NCBI RefSeq assembly: GCF_964204645.1
Contig: NC_134025.1
Span: 14,694,001 to 14,758,000, forward strand
DNA: 64,000 nucleotides
Direction: 5' to 3'
Source of the DNA: Tubulanus polymorphus
Lineage: Eukaryota > Animalia > Nemertea
How positions within the stretch are numbered: the stretch's first letter is position 1; every line of letters starts with the position of its first letter. Shown piece after piece: positions 39,702 through 54,104 of the stretch. A model generated the notes under the pieces. That model made no database searches. It had not been told where the DNA came from and was given only the letters and a program-made list of their open reading frames with translations. The translations under genes and the position numbers were made by a program.

Positions 39702-40059
39702 TACTACTGACGAACAGGCCTTCTGCAACTTTTAGACCTTCTGCAACTTTGGCCTTCTGCAACTTCAAAATTCAATCCTTCTGCAACTTTGAAAACGTGT
39801 TCTGACAAATAGGCCCTGTGTAACTTTGACAAATACATAATATTCAGAATTTCAGCATGCATAGAAGAGTTTACAAGTATATCAAATGCAATCAAATTTA
39901 GTAATGAAGCATTGAAAAATCAAAGCACTGCTCTTCACTCTGCATGATATAAGTTCATTATGATCGAGAATTTGCATTTCTTGAGAAAAAAAAACAGGTT
40001 TAGACAAAAAAGGTTAAGAGACCTAACCGATCCTAATTAATTTAAAAGAATAAACCCGG

Positions 40060-42950
40060 AAATAAGAATTTGGTAAAAATGTGCTGATTTAATACATGAA
40101 TGGATCAACTAATTATATTCTGATACACAGCTTCCATGAAAAATTTAGTCAAATAAATAATTGAGTCCATAGGGCAAATACCTGATAAATCGTCTTCTGT
40201 TTGAAGGGTAAAACAATGTGAGAAGTTCTAGAAATCGATCGGTTAATTTTGGTTGAAATCGTAGAGCAAATCGTATATTTTATTTGAGGAGTGACTATTT
40301 CCATGAACTTTATGACTATGCTTAGAACAAATGTTTGACCACCTATTTGAAAATACTTATACTCAAAATTATATCAAATTGAATGTAAACTTATCATGTA
40401 CATGTGGGTAAGTTTCGAACAGATCAAATATATACATTATCAACGAAATGAGACAGATCTTTTTCTTTGAATAGGAACAACACCTTACTTCGGAATCTGG
40501 TCACTCAATATGAAGAGAATTGATTGAATTGTGGAATTTGGACATTATTCGAAAAAATTGTATTCCCATTCGAAAGTTCCACAGGTCCTTAGATTATTAC
40601 AGAAACCTCAGTAGAAGACATTGATACAAATGAATTGAAATAAAATGAAATAAATTCCGATATTCCAATAACAATCCTAATAGTAAAGCCCTCAGAAATT
40701 AAGCAATTTCATGAAGTTGCACAAGGTCTATGGACAAATTGATTGAATTGATGGAAAATTCTATGATTTTAGTGAAGTTAGTTTTAAAGACAAATAACTA
40801 AATTCAAAACAACTTATTACCCTGATGAATGATTTTCGTTAGAAAGAGTAAAACAATGTCAAAAGTTCTAGTGGTCTCCTATTGGTTGATTTTGATTGAA
40901 ATCATGGGGTAAATCTTTATTTTTTATATGATGAGTAACTATTTCCACGAACTTGATATAAGCATTGCAACTGACTATACTCAGAACAAATGTTTGACCA
41001 CCTACTGGGAATACTTCTACTTCAAATTATATCAAACTGAATTAAAATTTATTACGTACCTGTAGGTAAGTTTCGAACAGATTAAATAGAAGCCAGAAAA
41101 CGCATGAGATTCATACGGTTATGTAGATATTTTTCTTATACATCTTTTAAGACATCGAAATAAGACATATCTTTTTCTATGAATAGGTGCAACACCTAAT
41201 ATCAAAACCTGGCCACTCAATATGAAGAGAATTGTTTGAACCGTTCGAGTTTGTACATTATTCAGGAAAACTGTATTCCCGCCCGAAAGTTGTACAGGTC
41301 CTTGGATAAAAAATAAGTTTTGATTAAGGGTAACTCATACCCATAAAAATTGTATTGTTAGAGATACCTTAGTACAGCATATCTATACAAAAGAATTGCA
41401 ATAAAATGAAATAAATTCCGAAATTCAATAACAATCCTAATTGTAAAGCCCTCAGAAATTAAGCAATTTCATAAAGTTGCACAAGGTCTATGGACAAAAT
41501 GATTTCATACAAGAAAATTCTATGATTTAAGTGAAGTTAGTTTTAAAAACAAATAACTAAATTCAAAACAACTTATTACCCTGATGAATGATTTTCGTTA
41601 GAAAGAGTAAAACAATGTCAAAAGTTCTAGAATCCTATTGGTTGATTTTGATTGAAATCATGGGGTAAATCTCTATTTTTTATATGATGAGTAACTATTT
41701 CCACGATTTTGATATAAGCATTGCAACTGACTAAACTCAGAACAAATGTTTGACCACCTATCTGGGAATACTTCTACTTCAAATTATATCAAATTGAATT
41801 AAAATTTATTACGTACCTGTAGGTAAGTTTCGAACAGATCAAATAGAAGCCAGAAAACGCATAAGATTCATACGGTTATGTAGAAATTTTTCTTATACAT
41901 CTTTTAAGACATCGAAATAAGACATATCTTTTTCTATGAATAGATGCAACACCTAATATCAAAATCTGGCCACTCAATATGAAGAGAATTGTTTGAACTG
42001 TTCGAGTTTGAATATTATTCAGGAAAACTGTATTCCCTTCCCAAAGTTGCACAGGTCCTTGGATAAAAACTAAGTTTTGATTAAGGGTAACTCATACCCA
42101 TACAAATTTTATTGTTAGAGATACCTTAGTAGGGGATATTGATACAAAAGAATTGCAATAAAATGAAATTAATTCCGATATTTTCATAACAATCCTCAGA
42201 AATTAAGCAATTTCATAAAGTTGCACAAGGTCTATGGACAAATTGATTTCATACAAGAAAATTCTATGATTTTAGTGAAGTTAGTTTTAAAGACAAATAA
42301 CTAAATTCAAAACAACTTATTACCCTAATGAATGATTTTCGTTAGAAAGAGTAAAACAATGTCAAAAGTTCTAGAATCCTATTGGTTGATTTTGATTGAA
42401 ATCATGGGGTAAATTTTATCTTTTATATGACGAGTGACTGTTTCCGCGAACTTGATATAAGCATTGCAACTGACTATACTCAGAACAAATGTTTGACCAC
42501 CTATCTGGGAATACTTCTACTTCAAATTATATCAAATTGAATTAAAATTTATTACGTACCTGTAGGTAAGTTTCGAACAGATTAAATAGAAGCCAGAAAA
42601 CGCATGAGATTCATACGGTTATGTAGAAATTTTTCTTATACATCTTTTAAGACATCGAAATAAGACATATCTTTGTCTATGAATAGGTGCAACACCTAAT
42701 ATCAAAACCTGGCCACTCAATATGAAGAGAATTGTTTGAACCGTTCGAGTTTGTACATTATTCAGGAAAACTGTGTTCCCGCCCGAAAGTTGCACAGGTC
42801 CCTGGATAAAAAATAAGTTTTGATTAAGGGTAACTCATACCCATACAAATTGTATTGTTAGAGAAACCTTAGTAGAGCATATCTATACAAAAGTATTGCA
42901 ATAAAATGATATTAATTCTGAAATTCAATAACAATCCTAATTGTAAAGCC
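40060..42950. repeat. Satellite-like tandem repeat, ~740-760-bp monomer, about 4 copies
   Basis: The landmark ataacaatcct recurs at ~40668, ~41428, ~42186 and ~42928. The first unit is more diverged. Confidence 0.92.
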
Positions 42951-43800
42951 TATTTGGTCCGTTCAAAGTGAAACGCGCCAGATCAACAGTAAAAAGATAC
43001 GAGTGTATTTTTACGTGTTTGACCAGTCGCGCTGTCCACATTGAAGTAACAGATGACCTGTCAACCGACTCGTTTCTTAATGCCTTGAGGCGGATGATGG
43101 CAAGAAGAGGTCAACCTAAAGAAATCCGATCTGACAATGGAACAAATTTCACAGGAGGTGAAAAGGAGCTACGACTCGCCGTTGCAGCTTGGAACCAGGA
43201 TAAAATTCATGAATTCATCCTGCAAAAAAATGTAAGATGGATTTTCCACCCAGTGCATCCCACTGGGGTGGCGTATGGGAAAGGTTGATACGTTCGATTC
43301 GGAAGATACTCAACGTCACATTGCGCCAGCAGACTCTAACTGATGAAGGGTTACGAACCCTAATGTGTGAAGCCGAATCAATTCTCAACTCTCGGCTGCT
43401 GATTCCTATTTCCGATGACCCAAAAGACTTAGACGTGCTGACTCCTAACCATCTGCTGATGATGAGAGAAGGACCTAAGCTGCTACCTGGAAATTTCAAC
43501 AGCAACGACCAGTACGCTCGTAGAAGATGGAGGCAAATCCAATACATGGCTGATCAGTTTTGGCGAAGATGGTTAACCGAATATTTGCCCCTTCTGCAGA
43601 AAAGAATGAAATGGGATGTGCCAAAAAGAAACGTTGCGGTGGACGGTATAATCCTACTCGTTGACGACAGGTTACATCGCGGTCAATGGCCAATAGGCCG
43701 AGTCATCGAAGTTTTCCCCGGTCGAGATGGTTTCGTGCGGAGAGTAAGAGTTAGAACACAGTTACCAAATGCGTTTATCTCGAATTTATGGGTTAAGTTT
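42951..43800 (+). pseudogene. BEL/Pao retrotransposon integrase fragment with one frameshift
   Basis: YFGPFKVK...IFTCLTSRAVHIE...[61 protein letters not shown]...PGRDG.VRRV.VRT. Frameshift near 43245-43255. Confidence 0.93.
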
Positions 43801-43963
43801 TATATTTAATCGCGTGTTGTTTATATTCAACTATTTAGATAACTATTGAATTGTGTAACTGACTTTCAAGGGTCGGATAGTAATAAGCAATTAATGAAGT
43901 TGGGTAGTTTTAATAATTGCCATAATAATTTCGTTAAACTGGATCTGTTTAAGGGGGTGGGAA

Positions 43964-44559
43964 TGTTATGCACATATATCCTCATTTATTATTATTACAG
44001 TTATTCGTGGTTTCATGTTTGATAATCAATTGAGTTTTGAGTCTGTCATACAGTCGCAATTCTATACTGTCGCGCTCTTTGTACTCTTTATACACTAGTT
44101 TGAGCCTCGAATTACCATGGTTTGCGATTTTCAGTGCTGTGTATTCAAACATTTTCTACTCGCTTCACTGGCAGTCAGGTATAGTACAGTTAGGTATAAA
44201 TCTATGTGTAATGCATTTTTGGGTGTCATTTCTTCTACTGGCTGCGAGTGGAGCGAGTCTCTCTTTAACTCAAGGAAGATAACGTGTTGTAAGTAAATTA
44301 AATTACCGCTTTTTCGTGAAATTATTCAACATTTGACTTCAAACCTAGTGTAATTCAAATATTCACTTGTACTTAGTATCTGTATTTTCTAAATTGCAGG
44401 AACCGCTTGACTTAGTTTTTCAACTGTGTTGTAATAAAGAACACAATTCATTATCTTAAGCGAGTCTTGCTGTTATCCTTGGGGTGCCGATATACAGTCG
44501 GATATATTTTGAGATGATTATTAATCAACTGACCCCTACTTCAAGTAGTATATAAAACA
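43964..44559 (+). repeat. 3' LTR of the BEL/Pao element
   Basis: PPT AAGGGGGTGGGAA (43951-43963), then TGTT; AATAAA at 44433; candidate AACA end at 44559. Confidence 0.68.
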
Positions 44560-45599
44560 TAAAAAATGACCCTTACTATATAGAACTGATCCCTACTTCA
44601 CGGTTTAGTTTTTATACTTCAGGGTTTAGTATACTATATACCTTTCATGAATGTATCTCTTTTGTATGAATACACTTACACAAAGACTTGAACCCATTTA
44701 TTATTGTGGAAATTATGACTGCAATTTTAAGTAGTTTATTCTGCTATTTGCTCCGTAATTCTGAAGAAGTTAAGAGATTATGGTTAATAATATTTTATAG
44801 ATTATCACAAGGGTTAAGTTGGACCACCTGTGTAATGTGTTTAAAATATATAATCAGAATTAATGTACTTTGTAATCTGGGGTCAGTTAATCAAAAGTTG
44901 GTTAGGGCAAACCAGTTGATAGTTAACACGGTAACAATTGAAAGTTCATTGTTACTACGGTATCTGTCTGCCATTTATCTTTATCGAACATTTGAGTTAC
45001 TGACTCCAGACTGACTTATGCGTTTGGCAAAGTTAAATAGATATAACTAGCTTCTGTATGCATACTCTGAACGGTTAGATTTTAAGACAAATGGTAATCG
45101 AAGGATCTCATATGCTCGCAAAATATGAGGTCATAGGTTGGAATTTTCAATGAGTATCGAACAAAGCACCATCACCAAGTTGCATCAGTCACACGATCAC
45201 ATATTATGTTTGTAATTGAAAATATTTTTTCTAATTGTAGTTGAAGACATGTACACTTAATTATATATAAATAAAAATAAACATGCTGTTTCCACCATAA
45301 CTCGTGATATAAATCTTATAGTTTTATCGATCAATGATTTTAAAATGAAGCATCAGGCAGTGTAGAAGGATTTCCTAAAGGATGTGTGCAGATTTATCCC
45401 AAAGCTTATCCACTCCCTACCAATACTCAACTTGATAGTTGCGTAAAGCATGAGCATGTATAGCAAGGATTGACTGACTTCTGATTACCGTACTTAAGGC
45501 CCCACTACCACTGTGTTATCAAGGAGCATATCCGAGACCCTCAATCTCCAGTATCCGACAAAGATTTCAAGCGAATGATGCAGGTGACATAAGCGAAAC

Positions 45600-47310
45600 T
45601 ACCAATATATGTTTGATCAGATTCCATCAGGCTGACGTTGGTTGGAGAAAATATGTATGAACTATATGAGTCGTCCTATCCTACCCATCTTAAATACCAC
45701 ATCATACCAAATATGCTGGGGTAGAGTCATTCTATACTATAAGCCATTTAATATGTCTTAAATTGGCTGACGATACGTGTTAGCCACAATTTAAAGTAAA
45801 ATACAAGGAGTATATCTATGCTAGGAGTCATTTAATACTCATTTCAACAGTGCGAAGATAGATACAGTAATCCCCATTATATTCTTAGTCAGTGTCGCGC
45901 ATACTATCGTGATACACCATATTTTTCTGATATTGCGAGCTTGTGCCGGCCAGACATATTGCAAATAGTCATACTCATACTACATATGAGTATGTACATT
46001 TCATTCTAGTCATCTCATTGGTCTTTCGTTGCCCGCCAAACTCCATACTTTATCATTATATCTATTATATTACATATAGTAATGTGTATAGAATAAAATC
46101 ACTGTTTAAACCAAGCGGTCGGAGATTTACCAATTTCAGTCCTGGTCACTCTTCTGTGTGACTGGCACGAGGTGACTTCGGGTCACCACCCTGTGTCTGG
46201 TCAAGCACACTATACTGTAACCAAGCAACAGCCGACGCTCACCAAATCTTTCTGTAAATGTTTTTTAATCAGCTTGCGCGTAGTGACAACACGCAGTAAT
46301 TTTATACGGTCAATAAATATATCTATTATCGTATCGGCAAAATGCTACCCTAGACATACACGCAGCCAAGCTATGTACCCGTCCTGTGTTAAATCATGAT
46401 TGAGTTAAGTTGATTATTTTGCTATAAAATATGGTCCCATTTATTTGATTTGAAGATTTCACTTGACTTGATTTGGTGAATTTACTTTTTATGTTTCTTT
46501 TAAATCGAAGTAATTTATTGGAAAAAAATTTGAGTCCATTTTCCTAAGATATTTTGTGAACCCCTGTACTGCACGGGAGAAACTGGATAACACATGGTCG
46601 GGTATTTCATGGATATTTTAACACCGGTCCTTCGCCAACCAAAGCGCCCAGATGACGTCAACCCATGACAAAGTTTCGCTATTTGTCTCTTAAAGTATAG
46701 ATATAGACACTTCAAATTGATAAAGATACATTTCAAATAGACTGACGCGGGCTCGGGGAGATGTATATATAGTAGGTATACCAGTCATCCTGTGCGAAGA
46801 TTCATCAAATCTACTCATCAATTGGCTCACCTTGGGCTAAAAAGGTGATTGTTTTTCCGTCTGCTGGGCATAAAGGTCGACCCCGCTAGTTTATACATCC
46901 ATGGATGAACGTAGGTAAAGTTTGACAATGATGAATATGGGAGAAATATATGTAGTAGATATACGACGAGTGATCCTGATTCGTTTTATACGTTATATAC
47001 TCAATCCAATTCGGTTTATGTTGGTTTTTGGGGAAAATATGTATAAGTAGGCCTGTTACATATACAACGAGTCATTCAGTGTTAGGAGTCAGTGTAGTAC
47101 GAGTTTAGTGTACTTATTTAGTGTACTCATACTAGATCACGAGTCATCCTATGTGATCAGTTATTTGATATACTCACCTTGAATAGGCTTTGAATAATAA
47201 GATACTCATTTCAAAATTGGCTGACGTTGGGGGAAATATATGTATGTATATACATATTAGTTATACAACGAGTCATTTGATTGTGAGAGTCATTTATTAT
47301 ATACTCATAT
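45600..47310. repeat. Decayed minisatellite-like repeat
   Basis: Recurrent blocks attggctgacgttgg / gaaatatatgta / cgagtcatcct / atactcat. Confidence 0.5.
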
Positions 47311-49318
47311 CAAAGGAACATAGTCATACCTCGATTTAACACCATCCTTGGGGATTGCCGATTTTGTCGGTAAATTGCATCTGCGGGAAATCAGACTTTA
47401 GTTCAGGTTGATCAAATACCTAATATACCTGCTCAGAACGATCCCTCGTTATTGTGATGGATTATGGCCGATTATTATTATCCAATTGTACTTTTTTTAG
47501 AATGAAATTTATAGGTAAATCAGCCTTTCACAAACTTTACGCAAACAAACATTGGGGCGCATCAGATAAACATCACAGATCAAAAACGTAGGAATCATGT
47601 CACATGCAAGATTTACGGTACATACTACTATTTATGATACCCCTTGCTCCGTGAGAATAAAACACCGAACTAGGTTTGCCGTTACAGCCAATATGAATAA
47701 AAGCCACATCATAATCGATGTCAGATGGCAGACATCTCTTGAATGGATGATCGACCGGGCAAAATAGTTGCGCCACGAAAACCAAGAACTGTATGTCAAC
47801 GCGATTGGATTCAAATCCTTAATTAGGAAAGGATTAGTACTATTAGCCTGTGTATAAACGAATGACCGAGGACCACAATTCTAACTGCCATAATTGAAAT
47901 AAAACGTATGCGTCTAGGAAACTCAGACGGACTGAATCGCCACGAGGTTACTCAGTGGGCGGAGTTCAACAAGTGATAAGACACGTGATAGATGACGTGA
48001 TAGATAAACGACGCTGGCTCTCATAAAACATTTTTATTTCCTACCGTATATAAAATTCCTTTATGAATCCATCGCTGATCGAGTTTTACTTACTCTACCT
48101 AAGGACCCATTAATTATTTCTGGCATCACATAGACAAATTAGAAGTTGTATATTGGCGAACAGTTAGGTCCCAAACTTGTTTTTCAGTTAAGACGAGAGA
48201 TTCCGGTTCTGAGGATAGATTTACCTATTTATACATTTTTGAGCATGAACAGATATGTTACTGTGCGTCATTATATACTAGGAGCCATTGTTTTTTTTAC
48301 CCAAATGGATTTTCTTTAATTTGTGGAAAAAGTAATGCACTCAAATGGATAATTCCATGGAATTAATCTCAAAATTGCCCGACACAATCACACAACAACC
48401 GATTTCAAAATCAAACCTTGGTAGGTTTGTAAGGGACACCAAATCCAACAAATCGAATGATATCTACCAATCAAATGAATAACAGGATGAATCCCCATTT
48501 TAAGATCAAAATATCGTGAAGCTGAAAATATGACATAGAACAGGTGGTTCATTAGGTATTGGCAGCATCCCTTTTGATATCCACTAAACGCCAGGAGATA
48601 AACAAGGGATTTGAATTTTGAAATTGGGAAAGCAAGTTCATAAAAGATGTCCATGTCTATGAAATCGAAGTGCAGAAATAATTATCATACTTTCTTTCGT
48701 GTTCGTTTTCACGTGTATGCTGGTACATCTGCATATTCCGAATGGATTGAAATCTTCTTTTGAATAGATTATGTAGAATGTTTTCGTTGAATATGTTACA
48801 ACATCACTTATCGCAATATTATTCAGACGAATGCGCTACGTCTACGTCTGATTCAATCAGAGATGTCAACTATTACTTCGGTTAACTAACAAGACCGTGA
48901 ATGTCAAGCATAAAGCCCATGCTTCACTGATCGCAGAGACAGTCGGGCCCTCAATTTAAACCACCCATAAAAAAATCTCGAAGTCTTCTTTAAAAACACA
49001 TAAAACCGATAAATAAAACATATTTTGATTGTGAAAATAATTTTGTAATGTAGTTAAATGAAAAAATAATTTATTATTATCATTGTACTGAATTTTGGCT
49101 AATTTCTTCGGAAATGAATACTGATGCGATCTTCAAGTATAGCCCTCCGCGTCAGTGATAGTGATATCCTTGCGCCATTTTGAAATGGGTCATATTCGAG
49201 AATGCGTCATATATGTATATATATGTATACGACGCATAACTGGGCCTCAAATCAAAACCCCCTATGTCGTTTTAAGATGCAGGCGCGTATCTCGGGTAAT
49301 GTTAATATATATATATAT

Positions 49319-49340
49319 ACTGCACAATGTTGCAGGACTA

Positions 49341-49408
<68 letters not shown>

Positions 49409-49430
49409 TAGTCCTGCAACATTGTGCAGT
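49319..49430. repeat. Perfect palindrome centred on a (TA)n tract
   Basis: ACTGCACAATGTTGCAGGACTACATCA-(TA)n-TGATGTAGTCCTGCAACATTGTGCAGT. Confidence 0.95.
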
Positions 49431-49719
49431 CATCGGATCATTGGACGAGGTCATCGGTATCGTTTTATGATGGCGTATCCTAGTATAATCAAAGATCACG
49501 TTACTCAACTTTTATGATGGCGGTAAATCAGGAAATATTGTAATGCATTTGTATATCATTGTACTAGGAGATTATGTTGGCAGTGGCGGTATGCAGAGTT
49601 TATCCTGTACATTTTTTATACGAACGTTCAGTTTCCCATAAAATGGTAGGCGAGGTTGGCAATGATTCGGGGGCGTTAAATTGAGGTAGGACTTTACTCA
49701 CTAGCACTTGCGCCCCTGA

Positions 49720-50190
49720 AAGTCATGTGTGTAAGTGAATTTGCACTTATGCTTCAATCAAAAGAAACTATGGGTATTAAATGAAACAATACCAAGGACA
49801 GAAATATATACATATGTGAAATAATTATATCCTCACACGCAGTGAGCATTTGGAATTTGCATGTGTACAGTACCTTGTACATGAAATGTTCACTATTTTA
49901 TGGCTTTCCCATAATTACGTCAGTAGTGCCCGAATTACCAGAATTTACCCGTATATCCCAAAACCAGCCAATCACGTTTGCCGTAAACAAGGCCATTGTA
50001 TTTTCATATACATGAGCCAAGAATTTTCCCACCAACTGAAGTTTTTTGAAGAATTTTAACGAAGTTGACCATGTCATGCAAAGGTTTGCATCTCTTCAAT
50101 TGCATCAATTATACATCGTTGAGGCCGAGAACCAATGCTCACATGAAAAAAATGCACCACAATTTTATATAATTGGCTCAATATATGGAA
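49720..50190 (-). mobile_element. Older, diverged relative of Helentron-like family A
   Basis: Shares tgtaagtgaat...aatgaaacaatacc...atggctttcccata...gaccatgtcat...aattggctcaata blocks with family A. Confidence 0.65.
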
Positions 50191-53129
50191 TAATCGCACA
50201 CGACTGCATGACTCGTCATGAATATATGTGGTAGTTGGCTTCCCAAATGGTTCAAATAGACATCCCCTGCACAACGTAGGGCGCCAGGATGCTGACAGAT
50301 TATATTTAATACATACACTGTGTATGCAATTCAAATGAAGTTTGTAAGAAAATCTATCATTACAGATTGAACAATTATCTAGATTCATTTGCCCCTTTCT
50401 AAATTTCAACATATTTGTTCATTTAGCCAATCAATCAGCGGACATCAAAAATATTTAAGCCCTGGTGCATACTGGCAGAGGCTTTCTCTAGCTCACTTCA
50501 CAGAGGTTCACATTCTGAGAAGATAGGCTGCCCCAATATTTCCTCAATCTATGATCATTTTCACTTTCACATGTGGAACCTGGGTTAATTTACTTTAAAT
50601 TAACATGGTTGGGCCCACCCAACCATGTTTCCGATGTGCCTGTTAGGTACGTGTTCCGTGATTACAGGTGCATTCACATGTGCATGTTTGTCATGTATAT
50701 CTTACATGATAAACACCACTGGCAGTAAAAGAGTGCTATTTTTGCCAATTTTGAAAATTGCATAAATGCGGCTCATTAATTGAGCTTATGGACTAAGGGT
50801 GAAACTTTTGTCGGGAGATTTAAAGGAACACTAGCTAAAGATGATAACGCATGTTTGAAGTGAAATTTCTCTCAGCTAACAGCAGCTTAAGAGAAATTTC
50901 ACCAAATAGCATTCTACTTCATTGCAATGTTGGCAGCATTACTGACACGTGTCATTTTAGTACTAAAACGCCCTACTTAAAACAGTACGTATATTATCAA
51001 TCGGGAACTTTAGGCACAACATCCGATGCTGAATAACTTTCTTTATAGGTTTTCTGGTGTATATGAGATCAAGTTTATTTCTAATATTTTTTTTCATAAC
51101 ATTTGAAGTGGAGGCTGGTATCAGGAACAACGCACTTATACCAGTACCATAGAATGAGGTCTAACAAGAGATTAGGCCTAGCAATTATTCTAAGTTCTCT
51201 GTTATTCTAACAGTTGATCCTAAAAATGTGTGTAAGCAGCAAAATCAATTGACATATTGAAAAATTTCGAGAAATATTTACCTTATAGTAGTATAAACTG
51301 CGAGTGTACTTGTTGCACATATCATTGAAAATGGATAAAGACCAACATGAACCAGAACACCCTCACATGTCATGAAACCTACAAAAAAGTTAAGATTAGA
51401 TATATTCTTGAAACTTCATTCACAGAGCAGGGATGAAAACGGAGGCGTTAGAAAAACACAGAAATATTAGAAACAAGAGCTCCAAGGGAAACTATGGCCA
51501 GCCTGTCAGCTTTTCATAAAATGGCAAATGATGCATTCTGTGGGTTATATTTATCAAAATACACTCCCTCCCAGTCCCAGCTCAGAGTCAATACCTATCA
51601 TTTCCACAATAAAATTGTGTTTTTCATAAGTAGCAGACAGTGACTGGAGCTTGCAAAACAAATACCTCAGACAAATATTTTCCCTTGGTCGTATTGATTT
51701 GAATGCGGAATAGAATTGAATTTTCTGAAATTTGCTCAATAAAACAAAATTGAAATGGATTTGATGTTTTATTTGTTCAATAAAGTAAAATTGAATTGCA
51801 TTTGTTATTTTTTTTGCAGAATAAAATTTGATTGAATTTGCAGTTTGAGCTCATGGCTAAATTGGATATCAAGGTCATCCATCCGAAAAAGCTATTTTTC
51901 CCGGACTGCACAATCATCAACGATATTTTCTGTAATGCAAATAAAAATATTCCTCCCAAATTAACTAAAGATTTCACAGAAATCGATCTTGAAATACAAT
52001 TTAAGATCTTAAATAAAACCTGGAAGTAAAATAGTAGACGATCCCGCGGGTTCACATGAACACCTGCTGTCTCTGCGGCTAAGCCAATCATAGAGGAGTC
52101 TGTGATTTCTGATTAGCTCTTTAAATCAGATATCTTTGCATTCAGATTTTCGCGAGAAAGCTCAGATAAATTTCAATGAGACCATTTTTAAAATTCAGCT
52201 TCAAAGGGTTTGGAGAATGGATAATGCTTTAATGAATGATTTGAATGAATATATACTCAGTGCCACAGTCAAAGAACCTTTGCTCTGGAAACCATGTTAT
52301 TTAAATTCGCTCCATTTGTATAGTAATAGGTTCAGTCTACAGCTGGCCTAATAAAATTATTGGGCATAATACTGTTGGTCAGGCCAGCAATTGCGACCAC
52401 CGAAATTACCGAGCCCTGGGGGGAGGGGGGGGGGGGTTTCGGGGCCAAAGAAAATTTTGAAATTTTAAGGGATTTTCAGCACACCTGACACCCATTATTT
52501 TCCTGCTTTGACAAATCAAATTGTAACGGGTCTCGTATTATGTATATAGTTTACCACGGTAATTAGTGCAATGTATAGTGAAATAAATCACCGCTAAGTG
52601 CGGTCTCTTAGAAGCAAATCCAATGTCCGAATAAGTTTGTTGTTCTTTTCTTCGGGATAAATTGCCCCTTTATAGCCAATCGTCGGGGCATAGATCACCC
52701 CTTAAGGAGGTATTAGAGATTAGGAGAGAGGATTGTTACACTGGTGGCAGTGTTAATGGTATTGGAGAGCCTTACAGCCGAATTATTGAGTTGAATTGCT
52801 ACCCTTTGTTTTTTTTTCTAGAAGCGTGCACATGAGTAGTCTGCCTGAACTACTTCCATACGACTGTGTGGTATCGCGGATACTCTTCAGTAATTAAACC
52901 ATTATTATACGCTTGCTTTAACAGTGGGAATAATTTCCGACATCAGCTACAGTTTATGTACATAGATTGATAGGTTCATAAAAGAACTTTTGAAATTTCA
53001 TTTCTAAATATAGCTTCAAAGCCAGCGATGGCAGGTTTTCTGCACAGCCTTGTTTGTATTCTTGATCCTGTCTGGATACTGTGTCTACCACGATCACTTG
53101 TATGCTGATGTTATTGAAAATGAAGGGAA

Positions 53130-53290
53130 TTTAGAATCCTCTTCAACAGTCAGCACGGTTTTACAAAAGGAAGTTCTACAAACAGCCAATTAGGCCTACT
53201 TGAAACCATGGAAAACTGGACCAGATGGTTATTTGACTCTGGAAAATTGACTGTTGGGCCTTGTAGTCTTTATGGATTTCTTTGTGGCTT
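53130..53290 (+). mobile_element. CR1-type LINE reverse transcriptase fragment
   Basis: LFNSQHGFTKGSSTNSQL..LETMENWTRWL.DSG matches the QHGF..G.S..TQLL...E.WT..LD.G segment of CR1 RT. Confidence 0.7.
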
Positions 53291-53569
53291 AAGCATTTCA
53301 TTAGGTACTACATCAATGGGCCCAGCAGTTTTCTCCGATCGAAAACGGGTGGCCGAAATCAATTGTCTGATCTTGGAAATAAGCAGATCTTACTAGTGGA
53401 GTCAGGCAAGGTAGTATCCTAAGTCGTCTTCTCGTCACTGTACTGATAAATCATTTACAGAGTAATTTGAAATGTACAGGACTGAATAAATTTCCAAAAT
53501 GATGTTAACAAGCTGTGTCCCGTAAATGGTCAGAAAGATGGGAGATGAGCTTCAACCTGAATAGGTATA

Positions 53570-54100
53570 ATATGGATATTGGATACAAAAAAAACCCAGG
53601 TTAATATGATAACTCATTAGATCAAGTGAGAAGATAATTTCTTTCGAATGAAAAACACTTCCATCGAACAATATACTTCTTGTTCGAACAGAAAACTTTT
53701 TGTTCTGACATAAAAAATTTGTACCTCAGAAAACCTCGGTTCATATTATACCTTTGAATTCAAGTGAGATCATTTAGTTTGAATGAAGATTACTCATTAT
53801 AACTCATTAAGTTCAACGGAAATCATTTTCGTTATAATGAAAAAACTCTTCGATCGAACAATATGCTTTTGAATTTGAACATTTTTGAATTTTTCAACAA
53901 TTTTTTTTGAATTTTGTTCAAATGAAAACAATTACCTTTTGTTCAATATAATATACTTTTTGTTCAAACTAGAAAACTTTTTGTTCTGACCAAAAAATTT
54001 GTTGAGTGAAAACAGTTTTGTTTGAACTATAGTTCGAATGAAAACAATTCTGTACGATCGAACAACACACTTTTTTTTAACAAAAAACATTTCAGATTTT
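53570..54100. repeat. Degenerate short-unit repeat
   Basis: Recurrent ttcgaatgaaaa / atcgaacaatatactt / ttttgttc motifs. Confidence 0.55.
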
Positions 54101-54104
54101 TCAA

